Assembly: GCF_006345805.1 (NCBI RefSeq)
Contig: NC_043026.1
Location: 12,999,579 to 13,063,578, forward strand
Length of the DNA: 64,000 nt
Source of the DNA: Octopus sinensis
Taxonomy: Eukaryota
Direction of reading: 5' to 3'
A program made the translations under genes and the position numbers. Shown here one piece after another: positions 57,906 to 64,000 of the stretch. The notes under the pieces were generated by a model. It had not been told where the DNA came from and searched no databases. It was given only the letters and a program-made list of their open reading frames with translations. Position 1 is the stretch's first letter, and each line of letters opens with the position of its first letter.

Positions 57906-58900
57906 ATTATTTCTTGAACAATTCTTAAAAAGCTGACAAACGTCTGTGAGTCAATCTCCAATGGTTCAATTTCTTGTCTTAGATATCACAGTCCTCCGTT
58001 TACAAGCGTGGAACAGATGCAACGTAGATGTATTTCCTACTCACCAGTAGAAAGTCCAAATTAAAAGCCATTTCCTCCTTTCCTGTAAAATAGGGAAAAA
58101 CCAATTAACGATTTAAAGCTTTGATCAAATGAAATAATTAACACCGATCATCACACTTGCTCGTCGCCCTGCCTTATCCACAAACAGTAACGTTCACCTT
58201 AACATAAGATAATTACTACATACGATTATAATTAGATTTACCTGAAATAATTAGAAACACAAACACAGTAGACGGTGTCGATGATCATTTTTCCCGTTTG
58301 TATAACGGCGGTGACAAACATGAAAATCCCCACTCAAAAATAAACATTTGGTTAGAATATAGTTTTCAACAGTCTATAACTGCGCATCGGATACAGTATT
58401 AATGTATACGAAGGGTGCCCCTGGCTTTAAGGGTGTTGCGAAAGGCTTGGCTGCAGGCCCAACCTTCCGGGTTGTTTAACAGGGCTTCGAAAAACTGAAG
58501 GATGAATGTGAGAAGGGGGTCATGTTGAATAAAATCCTAAATGACTGATCCACCTGTATTCTCTTTTCTTAGAGTCAGGAACTTTTCATCATCTACCCTA
58601 CATTACGCTGTGTATCTTTTGAAGTTGTCTAATTCTTTTTTCAGTTTATAATTTTCAGAGGAAGGTAAAATTACCCACCCCCGGTGGTTAGGGTTACGCC
58701 AAAAACGGGTGGCGTGCGTATTGTTTTTTTCACCTCCGCCTATGTTTCATACTTTCAAAACATTCAAAACCGGCTGGAATCGCTTGTTTATTTTTCGCCT
58801 TTGTTTCATAAATAGTTTTTGTGGTGTTATGAGCCAGGCTGTGTTTTAGGGAAGGACCGGAAGTGAGGCCTGTGGGTCCCACCGATCGTTCCCTACAACA

Positions 58901-59355
58901 GAGCTTAGCCCTTTGTGGGTAATAAAGAAATACCTTTTTCTTTACTGCCTATAAGGGGCTAAACACAGAGGGGACAAACAAGGACAGACAAACGGATTAA
59001 GTCGATTATATCGACCCCAGTGCGTAACTGATACTTATTATTTAATCGACCTCGAAAGGATGAAAGGCAAAGTCGACCTCGGCAGAATTTAAGCCCAGAA
59101 CGTAACGCCAGGCGAAATACCTATTTCTTTATTACCCACAAGGGGCTAAACACAGAGGGGACAAACAAGGACAGACATAGGTATTAAGTCGATTACATCG
59201 ACCCCAGTGCGTAACTGGTACTTATTTAATCGACCCCGAAAGGATGAAAGGCAAAGTCGACCTCGGCGGAATTTAAACTCAGAATGTAACGGCAGACGAA
59301 ATACCTCTAAGCATTTCGACCGGCGTGCTAACGTTTCTGCCACCTCGCCTCCACC
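58901..59355 (-). mobile_element. Family-3 SINE dimer with an 11-bp TSD
   Basis: tccctacaaca at 58890-58900 and 59356-59366; gtcgactttgcctttcatcctttcggggtcgat core present twice. Confidence 0.8.
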
Positions 59356-59621
59356 TCCCTACAACACAGCCTGGCTCATAACACCACATGCCCCCCCCCC
59401 ACTGATCTGAAGATCATTCAACCAGCCTGGCCACGCCCTCTTCTCAACTCCGACCTCATGGCTTAACTTGTCTCGTAATCAGCCAACCAGTGAAGAGGGC
59501 ACCACTCCCTTTGTGACCGCCGTGGGACTTCAAGACTGGCCTCAGTTCCTGGCATGTTTCTGCCAGCTTCATCCTCTTGTCCGTTACTGCCGGCCCCATC
59601 CCCCGTCACAGTGATGACCCT

Positions 59622-60030
59622 GCTGTGGTAAGTAGCATGCTTACCAACCACATGGTTCCGGGTTCAGTCCCACTGCGTGGCATCTTGGGCAAGTGTCTTC
59701 TACTATAGCCTCGGGCCAATCAAAGCCTTGTGAGTGGATTTGGTAGACGGAAACTGAAAGAAGCCTGTCGTATATATGTATATATATATGTATGTGTGTG
59801 TGTGTTTGTGTGTCTGTGTTTGTCCCCCTAGCATTGCTTGACAACTGATGCTGGTGTGTTTACGTCCCCGTTACTTAGCGGTTCGGCAAAAGAGACTGAT
59901 AGAATAAGTACTGGGCTTACAAAAAGAATAAGTCCCGGGGTCGAGTTGCTCGACTAAAAGGCGGTGCTCAGGAAGGGCCGCAGTCAAATGACTGAAACAA
60001 GTAAAAGAGTAAAAGAGAGAGAAAGAGAAT
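59622..60030 (+). mobile_element. Family-1 SINE inserted in the Gypsy integrase C-terminus
   Basis: Integrase translation continues on both sides. Confidence 0.85.
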
Positions 60031-60569
60031 CCAAAATATGCCGTGGCATGCCATCTACGGATACATTGTTCTTCAAATTTACAGAGGTTATTGTCCCCTT
60101 TTCCCACTGTGATGTGCACAGTGCATTTGGGGGCCGAACCCAGACTCCTTCCCCGACCTGCACAAAGCCATGCTCTTTCTCTTCTGCGGGATGTGGCAAT
60201 GCGGTACATCGATGTCTCCACTTGTACTTGAATATTGCTCTGTGTGACACTGACTCCTCAGCCTGTCCCATCCTGGGCGACATATTATACCAAAAAACGG
60301 CCTCTACAGGTGAGATGTGGACCCTCACCACTAGGGCCTTGATGGTACGTTGATGTCTCTCCACAACCCCATTGCCACTTGGCCTGTATGCTGCTCAGAA
60401 GAAACGACTGGCATGCCACTTGTCGAGCATTTCCCCCAGCACCTCCGAGCGAAACACAGTGCCATTGCCTACAAGCACCTCATTATGTGTGATTTCCTCC
60501 GCGGTCCCCGTCTCCATCTCCTTCCATATGGCCAACCATCCCGGTCCACAGTCGACCATTGAAAGGTAT

Positions 60570-60805
60570 ACCGGTGAGCTGGCAGAATCGTTAGCACGCC
60601 GGGCAAAATGCTTAACAGTATTTTGTCCGCCGCTACGTTCTGAGTTCAAATTCCGCCGAGGTCGACTTTGCCTTTCATCCTTTCGGGGTCGATAAATTAA
60701 GTACCAGTTACGCACTGGAGTCGGTATAATCGACTTAATCCGTTTGTCTATCCTTGTTTGTCCCCTCTGTGTTTATCCCCCTGTAGGTAGTAAAGAAATA
60801 GGTAT
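60570..60805 (+). mobile_element. Family-3 tRNA-derived SINE inserted in the Gypsy integrase
   Basis: gagctggcagaatcgttagcac A-box region and gagttcaaattcc B-box. Confidence 0.8.
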
Positions 60806-61221
60806 ACCCCCTGCCAGTAGTGAATCACGTCCACTGCCAGTCATTTCCAGTTGTCCACTGGAATGCTTCTTGCACACCCGGAGTGGGGTCAATGGACTGG
60901 CACCTGTCACAGCTCCCAACTACTTTTTGCACACCCTGCCTGGTCACGTTAGAGTCAACTTTCCTGGCTAGGAACAGGGTCCTGTCCACCCCCATATGTT
61001 GCATGGTATGCAATCTCCTCAGCTCCAGATCACTCAGTCGACACACTGCAGCCACTCCTAGCTCCAGACCCTCAAGCACCAGCAACCAGGTTTTCTTTAC
61101 TCTGGTCAGGACGTCCACTCTATTCCTCTCTGAGGGCACAAAAACCACAATCAGCCTCAGGTCAAACTCGGCAGCTAGCTCGCCCAGAATTCCCAGACAG
61201 CGTTTTATCAGCATCTCTGCA

Positions 61222-61655
61222 TCTTCAAAGCCACAGTCGAACCAATTCTACTCTATGGTTCAGAAACCTGGATGTTATCAAAGAAGCTTGAGAGGCGGTT
61301 GGATGGAACCTACACTCGCCTCCTTACGAGAGCTCAAAATCTCTTGTGGAAGCGTCATCCAACCAAAATGTAAATATATGGGAAACTACCACCTGTGTCA
61401 TCTCTTGTGAAAGGTTGGAGAGTCCAGTTTGCTGGACATTGTTGTAGAGCTGAAAACGAGGTAATTTCTACTCTTCTCCTCTGGAAGCCATCTACTCGCA
61501 ACACCAGAGGGCGCAAACTCTCCTACCCTGATGTAATCTCCAGGGATACAGGCATCCAGCAACAGGACCTCCGTAATGCCATGATGGACCATGAAGTCTG
61601 GCGTAGCATAGTAAATTCCATTGTCTCGACCACGGTCGAACAATGATGATGATAA
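61222..61655 (+). mobile_element. RTE-clade LINE 3' fragment
   Basis: FKATVEPILLYGSETW...QFAGHCCR...; (GAT)n tail; one internal stop. Confidence 0.85.
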
Positions 61656-61888
61656 TGCATCACGTTTGGTTCACACCCTCCACCCGCCTGTGATCACTGA
61701 TCCCCACCACCTAAGTGCAGTGGCCGAATCGGCTCTTCACACATAGGCATCATATAATCTGTCTTTCACTTTGACAGAGTGGCTCTTTCTTACCAGCAAA
61801 TGCAGGAACTCTCTGAACGTTGCTCAGCCTATTCTAGCAGCCAAGCTGTTGGAGCATCCACCTCTGCTACTCACTTGGTCACCGAGAT

Positions 61889-62067
61889 TAGTGCTTTTCA
61901 AACTTTTTGCTGGAGCGGAACCCCAGGCAAACATTCCACTGGCTCGAGGAACCCCTGTGCAATAATTTAATAGTCTTATGCACACATATCTGCACAGGAG
62001 ACTTAAAAATTACTGTCGATTTTAGCAGTTTTGTAACTTCTTGCGGAACCCTCGTTGAAAACCACTG
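61889..62067 (+). mobile_element. hAT-like MITE (179 bp)
   Basis: TIRs as at 15323; 8-bp TSD accgagat/acccagat. Confidence 0.88.
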
Positions 62068-62149
62068 ACCCAGATATTTGAAGCTTCTAGTTCTCCTCCC
62101 TGGCATTTGATGGAGTCTATTTTCTGCACATGCTGAGTGTTCATTGTAT

Positions 62150-62490
62150 CTCTCTTTTACTCTTTTACTTGTTTCAGTCATTTGACTGCGGCCATGCTGG
62201 AGCACCACCTTTAGTTGAGCAACTCGACCCCGGGACTTATTCTTTTTTGTAAGCCCAGTACTTATTCTATCGGTCTCTTTTTGCCGAACCGCTAACAAAC
62301 ATACATATATATATATATATATATACGACAGGCTTCTTTCAGTTTCCGTCAACCAAATCCATTCACAAGGCATTGGTCGGCCCGGGGCTATAGGAGAAGA
62401 CACTTGCCCAAGGTGGCATGCAGTGGGACTGAACCGAGAACCATCTGGTTGGTTAGTAAGCTACTTACCACACAGCCACTCCTGCGCCTT
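62150..62490 (-). mobile_element. Family-1 SINE (internal deletion)
   Basis: Family-1 motifs. Confidence 0.8.
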
Positions 62491-62494
62491 CCAT

Positions 62495-62925
62495 ACACAA
62501 AAACTATTTTCCCTGCAAACTTTCCTCTGATATTGCTGCACCAGTTATGTGCCCATAGCTTACACCGGGTACATCTTATGGAGTTTCTACCCACACCTTT
62601 TCTACAGATCAAGCATGGTCATCTACCTGAGGGTGATTTGTGATTTGTCTCCTCTCCTACTTACTAAGACTTTGGTTTTAGCATTTTGATTCCATATCAG
62701 AAGTTTCTTCTCTAGTTCTGGTAGTGATTGTATCCTAAGAAGAAAGTCATCAGCATAGAGGAGCTCCCAGGTGCAGCCCATCTTAATTTCCTCTGTTCTT
62801 GCCCGGAGGACTATGATGAACAAGAGGGGACTGAGGACTGATCCTTGGTGAACCCCTACTTGTACCCTGAATTCATCACTATACTCACAGCATCCTTCTA
62901 AAAGGCTTATAGAGCTCTTACCAGC
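62495..62925 (-). mobile_element. LINE reverse-transcriptase fragment (RTE-like)
   Basis: VGVHQGSVLSPLLFIIV, WELLYADD and KGVGRNSIRCTRCKLW motifs with frameshifts. Confidence 0.85.
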
Positions 62926-62943
62926 AAGTCATATATATATATA

Positions 62944-63212
62944 TGGAGGCGCAATGGCCCAGTGGTTAGGGCAGCGGACTCGCGGTTTCAATTCCCAGAC
63001 TGGGCATTGTGAGTGTTTATTGAGTGAAAACACCTAAAGCTCCACGAGGCTCCGGCAGGGGGTGGTGGCGATCCCTGCTGTACTCTTTCACCCACTCTTT
63101 CTTCTGTTGGCCTGCTCGCTTAGCCAGCGGGGTGGCGTCAGTTGAAGGCTAAAACAATGTGAAGCGCATTGTGACCAGTGATGTGTAGCAACATCTGATA
63201 GCCTGGTCGATC
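62944..63212 (+). mobile_element. Family-2 SINE head/body with an alternative 3' tail
   Basis: Matches family 2 until ~63095, then a different tail (gctaaaacaatgtgaagcgcattgtgaccag...). Confidence 0.7.
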
Positions 63213-64000
63213 ACAAAAAGATCACGGTGATATATATATATTCGTGTGCCTTTGATTGTCCCCACCACCACACCATCATTTAACAGACTAATAGAATAAA
63301 TAGGAGGCTCACACAGAATAAGTCCTGGGGTCAATTACTTCAACTAGGGTAAAAGAAACCCTTTAAGGTGGTGCTCCAGCATGGCCACACTCAAATGACT
63401 GCAACAAAGAATAAAAGATCAGGGAGTAGAAATGAAGATTGGAAAGCAGAAACCTGCAGCCTCGATTGGAAGGGGAACAATACAGCCCCTGATTATAAGG
63501 GAGTTGGCAGTGCAAACGTGGTTTTATGTTGTTTAATAAAAGAAAGTTTTTCACTCAAGAATCAAAATGGAAAGAATCACATCAACTGACCAGAAAATAT
63601 AATGCAACAAATTATTAAAATGAAAGGATTTTAATTTCAAAATTCAGAACATTTTTAACAAAATATTTCCTCACAAATTTCAATGATAAAGTTTTGCCTA
63701 AATTTCTCAGTGATTTCTGTTTTTGCTGCATCTAAACTTCGGACACTGGTAGAATGTGTCATATAAAACATCTTTTACTCTTATCATTTTTGAGAAAAGC
63801 TTATATTTAGGAAGTTATTTCATGTTAAAGTTGTCCTATTTCGGCAATTTCAACCAATCAATGACGTGTTTTCAGCTGAATAAAATTACTGCTATTGTTT
63901 GTCAACAACTTTTGGTGGTGTATTTTTTGTTTGTCACTGTTATTTATGACATCATTTCTGTGTTTGTACTGGTTTTAAGGTTGGGGTTTTAGGGTTAGGG

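Larger units (their letters stand above)
58820..61215 (-). mobile_element. Gypsy-type LTR retrotransposon remnant (RNase H end + integrase, PPT-like G10, candidate 3' LTR) fragmented by three SINE insertions
   Basis: VPSERNRVDVLTR (RNase H end); H...H.G...C..CQ (HHCC); VDCGPG...NGT.FRS...ERHQRTIK (degenerate DDE core); DGMPRH; PRRSQRE..DY; G10 at ~59391-59400. Confidence 0.85.

Noticed and set aside
63975-64000. TTAGGG-like sequence at the window end (also ~5797 and ~42412)
   Set aside because: Only 1-2 degenerate units embedded in dispersed repeats; not a telomeric array.

Overview
This is an AT-rich animal genomic window, most likely from an octopus or other coleoid cephalopod. That is inferred from the clustered single-coding-exon C2H2 zinc-finger genes with no KRAB domain, plus octopus-type tRNA/CORE SINEs. 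It holds about ten C2H2-ZNF genes, pseudogenes or fragments of one family, sharing an acidic leader, an invariant acidic first finger and a conserved 5' module. They sit among dense SINEs, CR1- and RTE-type LINE fragments, a broken Gypsy element, hAT, piggyBac, Tc2-like and Merlin-like MITEs, non-autonomous Helitrons and microsatellites. The main result is that block ~25,099-32,990 is an inverted, circularly permuted copy of ~50,729-57,620. One junction fuses the promoter and fingers 1-9 of gene 49604-51601 to fingers 3-27 of gene 55485-57905. The other junction shows reciprocal crossover markers inside a MITE. This is the signature expected if a ~6.9-kb DNA circle integrated by a single crossover. 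It created a new 46-finger reading frame (1,338 codons) broken only by one TGA at a zinc-ligand Cys codon. Other highlights are a minimal Penelope-type hammerhead ribozyme next to a 115-bp-arm palindrome, an 85-bp minisatellite born from a frameshifted finger, a 41-bp transposon with TIRs and TSD, and a palindromic ~100-bp LTR candidate. All alignments were read by eye and no database searches were run.
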